Assembly (NCBI GenBank): GCA_965204375.1
Contig: OZ241986.1
Location: 2,304,001-2,368,000, forward strand
DNA length: 64,000 nt
Source: Candidatus Latescibacterota bacterium
GTDB lineage: Bacteria > Latescibacterota > UBA2968
Reading direction: 5' to 3'
Part shown: positions 1-7,654 of the stretch, in pieces
Layout of the letters: every line of letters starts with the position of its first letter
Position numbering within the stretch: the first letter of the stretch is position 1
Program-made: the position numbers and the translations under genes
Notes under the pieces: model-generated
Database searches by the model: none
The model's input: the letters and a program-made list of their open reading frames with translations, nothing else
What the model was told of the DNA's origin: nothing

Positions 1-2359
1 TCGGACGCTCGCTCATACCCGGACGATCCCGCCCGAAGAGTTCCTTGCCGCGAACATAAGTATTCACATCATCGGTCCTCCTGGCAAAAAACACGCGATT
101 GGGATTCATCTCAAAATCGATAGACTCGAAATCACTGACCGAGACCACCTCTCCCAACTCAGACTCGATCTCGACATCGCGCGTCGATGTGCGCAACCGA
201 CCTATCCGCGCGATAATTTCCTGCTTGGCCTCTGGCGACAGCGCCGCTATCAACCGCTCCTTTACCCGCACGACCTCCGCATCTGTCTCAAACCGAATAT
301 CCGATCTTTTACTCACATGCGCGGGTTCGCCATAGCGGATATACACATCGCCGCGCCTGTCCCATTTTCGTCCATCTTTTGAAAAATTCTGCAACACATA
401 AACAACGCGCCGATAGTGCTCGACCAACCGCTCGTTGCCAGGTGTTGCTGGCGTGGGATCGCGCTTTTGCCAGAACGCCCGAACAAACTGCGCCCGCTCT
501 TCGGGTTCCATACCCTGGTACGCCGTCAATTCCTCTTGACCCGCCACGAGTGAAATATCTTCCACGCGCGCGCGCGCCTCATCGCTGAGCGTGCGCAACT
601 CCTCTGCAATCAGCGCGTGCGCTTTCCCCGTTTCCCCAATATTGAGATACGCATCCAGCAGTGGATGCACGCATAAACTGCGGAAATCGGGCCGCGCCTC
701 CATCAATTCTCGCCAAATAACCGTAGCCGAATCAATATGCCCTTGTTTGAACAACACGCGTCCAAAGTCAAAGCGCGCCCTCGCAAACAGGGGATCCACG
801 GCAATCTGCCGACTATACGCAACCGCACTCTCGGCAAGTTCGCCCCTGCGCTCCAACACCCGCCCCATCATATAATGGAGAAAAGGATGGGTTGAATCTC
901 GTTCAACAGCCGCTTTCAGATATTCCAAACCCTCGCCCTTCCCGGAAAGAAAACGCGCCAGTTCTGCATTTGTCCAATACGCGGCCTCTTGAAATTTTTC
1001 AACAGCACCATTCCAATCGCCGCGCCCCATCCTCACAATCCCCATAGCATTGCGCGCTTCGGGCAAATCGGGAGCGACATCGAGCGCCTTTCGCACCCAA
1101 ACCTCGCCTTCGACCAGCCCCCCACTCTCAAGCGCGACCACAGCTCTGGCAGTCAACGCCTGTGGATCACGCGAATCTTCAGCCAGCACAAAATCGACCA
1201 TATCGCGCGCCATGCTCACCGCAAGCGTATCCACCTCGGGCAAACGCTCGCCAAACGTCTTGTCAACGCGCTTCTTGAGCGTTTCCTCGAGACCTATCGC
1301 CCGCAACATCGCCATCCCAACCTCGCGATTGCCCAATCCCACGACCGATGCGACATAAGCCTGTGCGAAAAGTGGCGCCCGCTCGAGATAATGTCCGTAA
1401 ATAAAAGCTGCTCGTTCTCCCGCATCGACTTTCGCGTATTCCCGCACGGCCTCTGGCGTTGAAAAGCGTTCCAGAATTTTCTCCATAAGAGCCTGTTGCT
1501 GTGCCGTGAGCGATAATTCAACACGAGAACCCAGAATGAGAAAATTGCGTTGCGTGCGCGCAACCTGCTCCCCTGCACGCGCTTCAACGCTCAGCGTGTA
1601 CTCACCTGCGGGCAAACCGCGCAGCGGAATCCCCTCGACAAATTTTGCATCCGCGCGATATGTGGGAAATTCCCGCCGATGATCAAAAACGACATGATCG
1701 AAATGGTCGCGGACCTGAAAACGCACACCGTGGGCAAGCCGCCCGATCTCGTAAAGCTCGACATAAAAGTGCAGGGGCGCGCCATTCCCGGCCTCGCGCT
1801 CAGGTGCAGGCAAAAGAACCCGGCCCGCCTTGAAAAAAGAATCGGCTTCAAAATTCTGAGCAGGCGGATCTATTTCACTCACAAAAAACAGATCGCTAAA
1901 CGCAATCCGGCCCGTCTTATACTCGGGTACCTCAATAGAAAACACCGCCCGTCCCTGGCGGTCATTGCCCACGGCTTTGACTTCCAGAACCGCGTGATAA
2001 TACCCCGCTGGAACCTGGAATCGCGCGATATCATAGACAAAGTGTTCTGGATCGTCGATCCGCTCTGCAGAAGAAAAATTGCGCTCGCCCTCTATCCTCT
2101 TGACCGAATTGCCATTCTCATCGAACAACTCGAGCCGCGGAACATAACGCGCAACAAAAAGGCTATCACCTCGTGTCTCAAACGCGAGCTGCGCCGCAGG
2201 AAAACGGATAACAACCTCTTCATAAGGCCCATCGTCTCCGCGAAAACTACATGCATCAACGCCGAGCGCGAGACTGCCTTCCGAAGACACCCGTCCCTCT
2301 TCAGCAGTCGCCTGCAATGGGAGAAACGCGAGAAAAAGAAAAAAAAGTAAAAAGGACAT
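1..2359 (-). CDS. Exported TPR-repeat and GWxTD-domain protein; 3' end runs off the left edge (absent from the ORF track)
   Basis: Manual translation from ATG 2359 is open through the GWxTD region, with no stop found before the window edge. It gives a signal-like MSFLLFFLFLAFLPLQATA, a beta-rich region, TPR-like helices (PEARNAMG, HPFLHYMMGRVLERRGELAESAVAY, ARARFDFGRVLFKQG), then FWQKRDPTPATPGNERLVEHYRRV...WDRRGDVYIRYGEP, typical of GWxTD domains. Confidence 0.85.
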   Translation of the reverse strand, partial: MSFLLFFLFLAFLPLQATAEEGRVSSEGSLALGVDACSFRGDDGPYEEVVIRFPAAQLAFETRGDSLFVARYVPRLELFDENGNSVKRIEGERNFSSAERIDDPEHFVYDIARFQVPAGYYHAVLEVKAVGNDRQGRAVFSIEVPEYKTGRIAFSDLFFVSEIDPPAQNFEADSFFKAGRVLLPAPEREAGNGAPLHFYVELYEIGRLAHGVRFQVRDHFDHVVFDHRREFPTYRADAKFVEGIPLRGLPAGEYTLSVEARAGEQVARTQRNFLILGSRVELSLTAQQQALMEKILERFSTPEAVREYAKVDAGERAAFIYGHYLERAPLFAQAYVASVVGLGNREVGMAMLRAIGLEETLKKRVDKTFGERLPEVDTLAVSMARDMVDFVLAEDSRDPQALTARAVVALESGGLVEGEVWVRKALDVAPDLPEARNAMGIVRMGRGDWNGAVEKFQEAAYWTNAELARFLSGKGEGLEYLKAAVERDSTHPFLHYMMGRVLERRGELAESAVAYSRQIAVDPLFARARFDFGRVLFKQGHIDSATVIWRELMEARPDFRSLCVHPLLDAYLNIGETGKAHALIAEELRTLSDEARARVEDISLVAGQEELTAYQGMEPEERAQFVRAFWQKRDPTPATPGNERLVEHYRRVVYVLQNFSKDGRKWDRRGDVYIRYGEPAHVSKRSDIRFETDAEVVRVKERLIAALSPEAKQEIIARIGRLRTSTRDVEIESELGEVVSVSDFESIDFEMNPNRVFFARRTDDVNTYVRGKELFGRDRPGMSERP

Positions 2360-2554
2360 AGTGGTACTCTCAAAATCGCTCACATCCTGCCATGAATCAT
2401 TCATCAAAGCGGTAACAGTTCTGGGACCACCGTCAATTGCCAGATCAGACATTTTTCCGATCCTCTCAATGGGCGAGTTTATGCGATATATCACAATATA
2501 GTGCAAGTCAGTCTCATAAAGCAATCTATCTCGACATTTAAGTTGAGTAAAAAT

Positions 2555-2588
2555 AAAACCGATCCCTATAAAATCAGAGATCGGTTTT
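2555..2588 (-). terminator. Probable intrinsic terminator downstream of the Rieske gene (possibly bidirectional)
   Basis: Inverted repeat AAAACCGATC...GATCGGTTTT with A/T tracts on both sides, about 45 bp after the stop at 2635. Confidence 0.6.
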
Positions 2589-2634
2589 TGTTATTGTGAT
2601 AAATATTTAGCGACAACTCCTGGTCGCTCACTCC

Positions 2635-3084
2635 TTAAAACAAAATCGTCAACGCCTGTGTTCCATTATCATAATTACTCTCAAACCGCGGCAAAGGCGC
2701 GTTAGCAGGTCCTCGCAGAACCGCCCCTGTTGTCCTATCAAATCTCGCACCGTGGCATGAACACCAGATTTGCGGATCGCGATCCCCCGGCAAATCCACC
2801 TCACACGCCTCATGTGTACACACAGAACTCAAAACCACAAAATTTTCTTCGGCAGCGCGGAAAATAATCACGGGCGCGCCGCCATTTTGCCCTTCAAAAA
2901 CTTGTTTCACAGACCCTCCCACCTGTGCCAACGCAGGCGCGCTACCCACATCAAATTGCACACTCACACCAGACGACTTCAACACATCATTCTCACATCC
3001 CGAAAACCATCCGGCGCACATGCACCCCCCCACAAGCGCGAGGGCCTGTGTCAAAAACGCTCTTCTTTCAGTCTGATCATCCAC
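2635..3084 (-). CDS. Rieske [2Fe-2S] protein with Tat signal, probable lipoprotein
   Basis: CTHEAC and CSCHGARF Rieske boxes, twin-arginine ERRAFL, lipobox-like FSGC. Start reassigned to GTG 3084, which follows an AGGAGG RBS and removes the overlap with the sigma gene. Confidence 0.9.
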   Translation of the reverse strand: MDDQTERRAFLTQALALVGGCMCAGWFSGCENDVLKSSGVSVQFDVGSAPALAQVGGSVKQVFEGQNGGAPVIIFRAAEENFVVLSSVCTHEACEVDLPGDRDPQIWCSCHGARFDRTTGAVLRGPANAPLPRFESNYDNGTQALTILF

Positions 3085-3098
3085 TGATATGCCTCCTA

Positions 3099-3692
3099 TT
3101 ATGCCACAAGTGCCTTGTAAAACGGCCTCAACAACTTGCGGAGTTGGGCACGCGCCCGAAACAGACGCGATTTTACAGTGCCCACCGAACACCCCTCAAC
3201 ACGGGCAATCTCCTCATATGACAGCCCATTTAACTCGCGCAACACCAGCACAGACCGAAAAATGGGCGGCATCTGCGCCATCGCATGTGCCAAAACATCG
3301 CGCAACTCGCCCTGCTCTACCCTGTAATCCGTTCGCTTTGGCCCTGCAAACAGAGCTTCATCGTCTGCTTGTCTGCACCACCACTCATCATCCATCTTGA
3401 CGTCATATTTGCGCTGTTGCGACTTAATCCAATCCAGACAACAATTGATACTGATGCGATACAACCAGGTGGAAAACAGCGATTTTCCCTTAAATTTGTC
3501 AAGCGACTGAAACGCCTTGACAAACGCGAGCTGTGCCAGATCATCGGCATCTTCCCTATTGCCCACCATGCCAAACGCCGTATGAAAAATCCGCACATGG
3601 TGCCGCCGAACCAATTCAGAAAACGCTCTGGCCTGCCCCTTTTGAGCATACCCAACGAGCAATTTATCGTCGCATGTTGACCAATTGAGCAC
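3099..3692 (-). CDS. ECF RNA polymerase sigma-70 factor (RpoE/SigW-like)
   Basis: Region 2 DADDLAQLAFVKAF..FSTWLYRI and region 4 LSYEEIA...GTVKSRLFRAR. Confidence 0.95.
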   Translation of the reverse strand: MLNWSTCDDKLLVGYAQKGQARAFSELVRRHHVRIFHTAFGMVGNREDADDLAQLAFVKAFQSLDKFKGKSLFSTWLYRISINCCLDWIKSQQRKYDVKMDDEWWCRQADDEALFAGPKRTDYRVEQGELRDVLAHAMAQMPPIFRSVLVLRELNGLSYEEIARVEGCSVGTVKSRLFRARAQLRKLLRPFYKALVA

Positions 3693-3797
3693 AGAAAATC
3701 TCCCGCCTAAAATTCGATAGTCAAATCAAAAGATACACTTTGGCGCCTACCGTAGTGATAAAATTCGTCATTTGAAAAATTGCACAGCTACAGTGTT

Positions 3798-3825
3798 TTA
3801 GACAAGCGACAGCCCACTTCGTTCC
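3798..3825 (-). promoter_or_regulatory. ECF-type promoter, probably autoregulatory for the sigma gene
   Basis: Minus strand reads GGAAC-N17-GTCTAA about 105 bp upstream of the sigma start, matching the RpoE-like GGAAC/GTCnnA consensus. Confidence 0.7.
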
Positions 3826-4127
3826 CATGAAAATTGTAATAAATTGTTAAAATTTTACAGTTTGTACACTTAAAAAGACCGACAGGATCCGCTTCGCTAC
3901 ATCCTGAAATATGGCGATATCTATACAGCAATATCCCCACATCCTTGCAGAATTGATCCCCGGTCTTGTATCCTTAGATCAGAAAATGGCCGTGCGCGTT
4001 CCATACAGACTCAAAAAAAATCGACCTATTATTATTGATCCCTTTTCCGCTTGCGATAGTGGGAGTATGGCATTAGGTTAAGCACCGATATTTCGAGAAC
4101 AATACTGGAATAGGAAAGGAGCGAGTA

Positions 4128-4946
4128 ATGATTCGGTTGGGAACAATGACGAGTGTGTGTCCGGATTGGTCTGTTGAGCAGATTATCGATGGGATGCAGC
4201 GCCATGGATTCGAAGGATTGGAGCCTCGCGCGGGATGGGGACACGCCTCGGGTTTTGAACTGGACATGCCTGCGGCTGCGCGAGATGCTGCGCGGGCGAA
4301 AATGGAAGATGCCGGACTAAAAATATCCTGTGTAGCTACCGGGGCAAAATTTGCCGCAGAAGACCCAGCAGATCTGGACAAATCCATCGCCGAGGCCAAC
4401 GCTGCAATAGATCTCGCGGCTGATCTGGGGGCCGGATTGATCCGCACATTTGGCGGCGCACGCGGTAAAGGCGAAATATTCTGGATGGTAAACCGCACCG
4501 CTGAGGCATACAAGCGCGTAATGGATCACGCGGCCGAGCGCGGCGTCATAGTAATGATGGAAACACACGACGAGTGGTGTGTCTCGACGCAAGTACGCGC
4601 AGTGGTTGAAAAAGTAAATCATCCCAATCTGGGCGTATTGTGGGACCTGATGCACCCACAGCGCCACATGGAACGCCCCGAAGAAACCATGCAGACGATT
4701 GGTGCGATGACCAAACACCTGCACGCACACGACGGGCGTTATGACACCGAAAATGGAAAAATTACCACAGTCGCTCTGGGCGAAGGCGACCTGGATTACG
4801 TCACCCCCTTAAAATTATTGCACGATGCCGGATTTGACGGCTTCTTTTCCGTGGAAGTAATCCACAAGGCCGGCAGCGATCACGACGCAGATGCAACCCT
4901 GAAAGCTTATGGCGATGGGTTCAGAAAAATTGTCGAAAATTTTTAA
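4128..4946 (+). CDS. Sugar phosphate isomerase/epimerase (xylose isomerase-like TIM barrel)
   Basis: GFEGLE, IRTFGG, METHD, LWDLMH, HLHAHD and SVE metal-ligand pattern. Confidence 0.9.
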   Translation: MIRLGTMTSVCPDWSVEQIIDGMQRHGFEGLEPRAGWGHASGFELDMPAAARDAARAKMEDAGLKISCVATGAKFAAEDPADLDKSIAEANAAIDLAADLGAGLIRTFGGARGKGEIFWMVNRTAEAYKRVMDHAAERGVIVMMETHDEWCVSTQVRAVVEKVNHPNLGVLWDLMHPQRHMERPEETMQTIGAMTKHLHAHDGRYDTENGKITTVALGEGDLDYVTPLKLLHDAGFDGFFSVEVIHKAGSDHDADATLKAYGDGFRKIVENF

Positions 4947-4958
4947 TTGGAGAATAGC

Positions 4959-6383
4959 ATGGCAAAACAGAATGTAATTTTATTTGGAATCGATAGTTTG
5001 TGGTCCGATCACATGAGCTGTTACGGTTATAATCGGCTCACGACGCCACATATCGACAAATTTGCCACACAGGGCGTCTTGTTCGAAAACACATTTAGCG
5101 CGCATATACCCACCACACCGGCCTATGCGTCAATGCTGACGGGAATGGATTGTTTTTCGACCGATGTCGTGGCACTGCGCCACCGCGGCGGATTGACAGA
5201 AGATGTCACCACCTTGCCCGAAATTTTGAGCGGAGAAGGCTATGAAACCGTGTGTGTGGGCTTTACGGGAAATCCGAGTTCTCGCGGCTTTGACGAATAT
5301 GTAAACTTCAGAGCGTGGGGAAGTTGGGACGAACGTCCGCTGCGCAAAGCCGAATTGCTCAACGAAGTAACATTGCCCGAACTGGAACGCCTGGCCGCGG
5401 GCGACAAACCGTTTTTCCTATTTTTGCGACACATGGACCCGCATGCGCCCTATTTGCCGCCGCCACCGTACGATTCGATGTTCTACAGCAAAGACCCGTG
5501 CGACCCGTCCAAAACCACCATGGAACCGGTCAAAGCATTCAAGCCCTTCCGAGATTTCCATTTGAGCTGGATGCCGCCGGGCATTACCGACGCCGATTTT
5601 GTAGTGGCGCAATACGACGGTGAAATCGCCTATATGGACGCGTGTATCCAGCACCTGCTCACCCGTGTTGATGAACTGGGGCTGAGAGATAATACCCTCG
5701 TCGTAATCAACGGCGACCACGGCGAGACCCTCGACGAACACGATTGCTATTTTGATCACCACGGGATGTATGAATGCACCTTGAAAGTACCCCTCGCAAT
5801 GCGCCTGCCCGGGAGCTTGCCCGAAGGCGTGCGCGTGAAGGGCTACAATCAGCACAAAGATCTGACGCCCACGATTTTGGAACTCCTGAATGTAGAAACA
5901 GACATCGCGTTTGACGGTCGTAGCTTGATCCCGATGGTTGAGGGAAAACGCCACACGCACGAATCGGAATTTTATATTACCGAGTGTACATGGATGCGAA
6001 AACACGGCTGGCGCACACCCGAGTGGAAGCTGATCGTGGCATTGGAACCCGACTTCCATTTTAAGCCCGAAGTGGAGCTTTACAATCTGATTCAGGACCC
6101 GGGCGAGACCACAAATCTCGCAGACAAAGAACCCGAAATGGTCGCCCTGTTGCGCGGACGGATGGAAGCCTATATTGCCAAACGCGAAAAAGAAGTGGGC
6201 CATACCAATCCCATGTACACAAACCTGAACTGGCACGGCCGCAAAAATTACGACGGCCCCTTCAAATCCTCAGAAGACGCGTATAATTACATGCACATCG
6301 GCTCTGCCAGCCAGGCCGCACGGCTACAGGCGGGAAATAAGAAGGTGGAAGGCACGGTTGAAGAGAAGACGAAAGACGAATAA
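4959..6383 (+). CDS. Sulfatase-like alkaline-phosphatase-superfamily hydrolase with non-canonical Thr motif
   Basis: NVILFGIDSL, TTPAYASMLTG, DPHAPY, GDHGE and ELYNL..DPGETTNLA motifs. ATG 4959 follows a GGAG RBS. Confidence 0.88.
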   Translation: MAKQNVILFGIDSLWSDHMSCYGYNRLTTPHIDKFATQGVLFENTFSAHIPTTPAYASMLTGMDCFSTDVVALRHRGGLTEDVTTLPEILSGEGYETVCVGFTGNPSSRGFDEYVNFRAWGSWDERPLRKAELLNEVTLPELERLAAGDKPFFLFLRHMDPHAPYLPPPPYDSMFYSKDPCDPSKTTMEPVKAFKPFRDFHLSWMPPGITDADFVVAQYDGEIAYMDACIQHLLTRVDELGLRDNTLVVINGDHGETLDEHDCYFDHHGMYECTLKVPLAMRLPGSLPEGVRVKGYNQHKDLTPTILELLNVETDIAFDGRSLIPMVEGKRHTHESEFYITECTWMRKHGWRTPEWKLIVALEPDFHFKPEVELYNLIQDPGETTNLADKEPEMVALLRGRMEAYIAKREKEVGHTNPMYTNLNWHGRKNYDGPFKSSEDAYNYMHIGSASQAARLQAGNKKVEGTVEEKTKDE

Positions 6384-6398
6384 AATAAAAGGGGCAAA

Positions 6399-6823
6399 GT
6401 GCCAACACAGGATGAATTGAAAGCATTGGCCTCTCTCCGATTACAGGAGGCAGAGACGCTGTACAATGCAGGCCAGGCCAGTATAATGGTAGTGTCTATC
6501 TTGCAGGATATGCCGTGGAACTCGCTTTGAAAGCCAGAATCTGTAAGGTATTGGGGTTGCGCGATTACCCGGATCAAGGGAAATTAAAGCCTGTCTATGC
6601 TGTTCACGACCTTGATCAACTGCTACTCCTCGCAGGTCTTAAACCAGAACTGGATTCCAACAATACAACATTGTTCAATAACTGGTCAACAGCGGTTCCG
6701 TGGAATCCTCTATGGCGATACGCAGCAACAGGTACCTATTCTCAGCAGGATGCCATTGATATGTTGGATGCAATCAGAGATCAAACAGATGGGGTCTTAC
6801 AATGGATCATGAAATACTGGTGA
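6399..6823 (+). pseudogene. HEPN-domain protein frameshifted by a 5-bp duplication
   Basis: GTG 6399 gives MPTQDELKALASLRLQEAETLYNAG. GGCCA is tandemly duplicated at 6471-6480; removing one copy restores GQYNGSVYLAGYAVELALKARIC...HDLDQL, a HEPN signature. Confidence 0.8.
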
Positions 6824-7197
6824 ATCAACTTCGCCTGCTTCTTGATAAGCTGAGCGATAAACGGGGTCCTGTGGCACTCTTTATGCTCAATACATTTGGG
6901 CCTGGCTTTGCACAACCCTGGCACTTAATCGTCAGCGCCAAAAAATTTGACCAGCTTTCTCGCTCTGAAGCGATCAAGGAAATGACAACGCTCGTGCGGA
7001 AACATGGCGACGAATCTTTTTGGCGACCGCTTATTCGAATCACCGTTCTAAAAACCCAGGATCCATTTGTACGTTCTGTTAATGCCTCAATGCAGGTAAG
7101 CCCGAATGAGATAGAAACTATCTCTGACGCCACCGTAGCAGGATTTGAGATTCCATACGCTCTGTTGGTTCGTTCGCAAAGCGTAGTGGCTGCTTAG
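6802..7197 (+). CDS. Hypothetical protein, putative antitoxin partner of the HEPN gene
   Basis: 131-aa ORF overlapping the HEPN 3' end, with a WHLIVSA motif. Role is inferred from gene position only. Confidence 0.65.
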   Translation: MDHEILVNQLRLLLDKLSDKRGPVALFMLNTFGPGFAQPWHLIVSAKKFDQLSRSEAIKEMTTLVRKHGDESFWRPLIRITVLKTQDPFVRSVNASMQVSPNEIETISDATVAGFEIPYALLVRSQSVVAA

Positions 7198-7229
7198 TGC
7201 ATGAAAATTGGTTGAGGTTCAATGCATCA

Positions 7230-7276
7230 ATGGCGATTGATAACATAACGTCCGAAGCGATTGAGATGATGAATCC
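7230..7276 (+). repeat. Diverged direct-repeat copy of the 5' end of the gene at 10431
   Basis: 38 of 47 nt identical to 10431-10477 by manual alignment (MAIDNITSEAIEMMNP vs MAIDTITSEAIDLINP). Confidence 0.85.
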
Positions 7277-7553
7277 AAGAGTAAAAGATGTAACACCTCT
7301 TGCTGATTATCAGCTCAAAATTGCGTTTACAAATGATGAAACTGGCATCTATGACTGTCGTCCATTGCTGGATTTCGGTGTGTTCAAAGAACTGGCAGAT
7401 GAAGCTTATTTCCGCCAAGTTCGAGCAGAGGGCGGCACCGTCACATGGCCTCATGAGCAAGATATTTGTCCCGATACGGTTTATTTAGATTCAAGGATAT
7501 CGAGGACAGAGTGGTCCCATTGTCCTAGCCATCGTGCAACATTGGACATGTGA
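7230..7553 (+). CDS. DUF2442-family protein (putative antitoxin) with a captured N-terminal peptide
   Basis: VKDVTPLADYQLKIAFTNDE...FKEL.DEAYF.QV...GGTVTWPHEQDICPDTVY matches DUF2442. An alternative start is at ATG 7266/7269. Confidence 0.8.
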   Translation: MAIDNITSEAIEMMNPRVKDVTPLADYQLKIAFTNDETGIYDCRPLLDFGVFKELADEAYFRQVRAEGGTVTWPHEQDICPDTVYLDSRISRTEWSHCPSHRATLDM

Positions 7554-7654
7554 CTAAATATTCGGTGTTGTATAGAATAATATTGGATGCTATTAGCCGT
7601 TGGATTGCGTGCCGTAGTTGCAGCGAAATTTGACATCATGAGGAGATATTCGAT

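Noticed and set aside
99-2350. Plus-strand ORFs including 1550..2350 (266 aa)
   Set aside because: Antisense to the continuous minus-strand TPR/GWxTD gene, which has recognisable motifs.
2331-2353. Poly-T tracts in the GWxTD signal peptide as a phase-variation switch
   Set aside because: The longest run is only 8 nt, the frame is intact, and Phe/Leu codons of a hydrophobic signal explain it.
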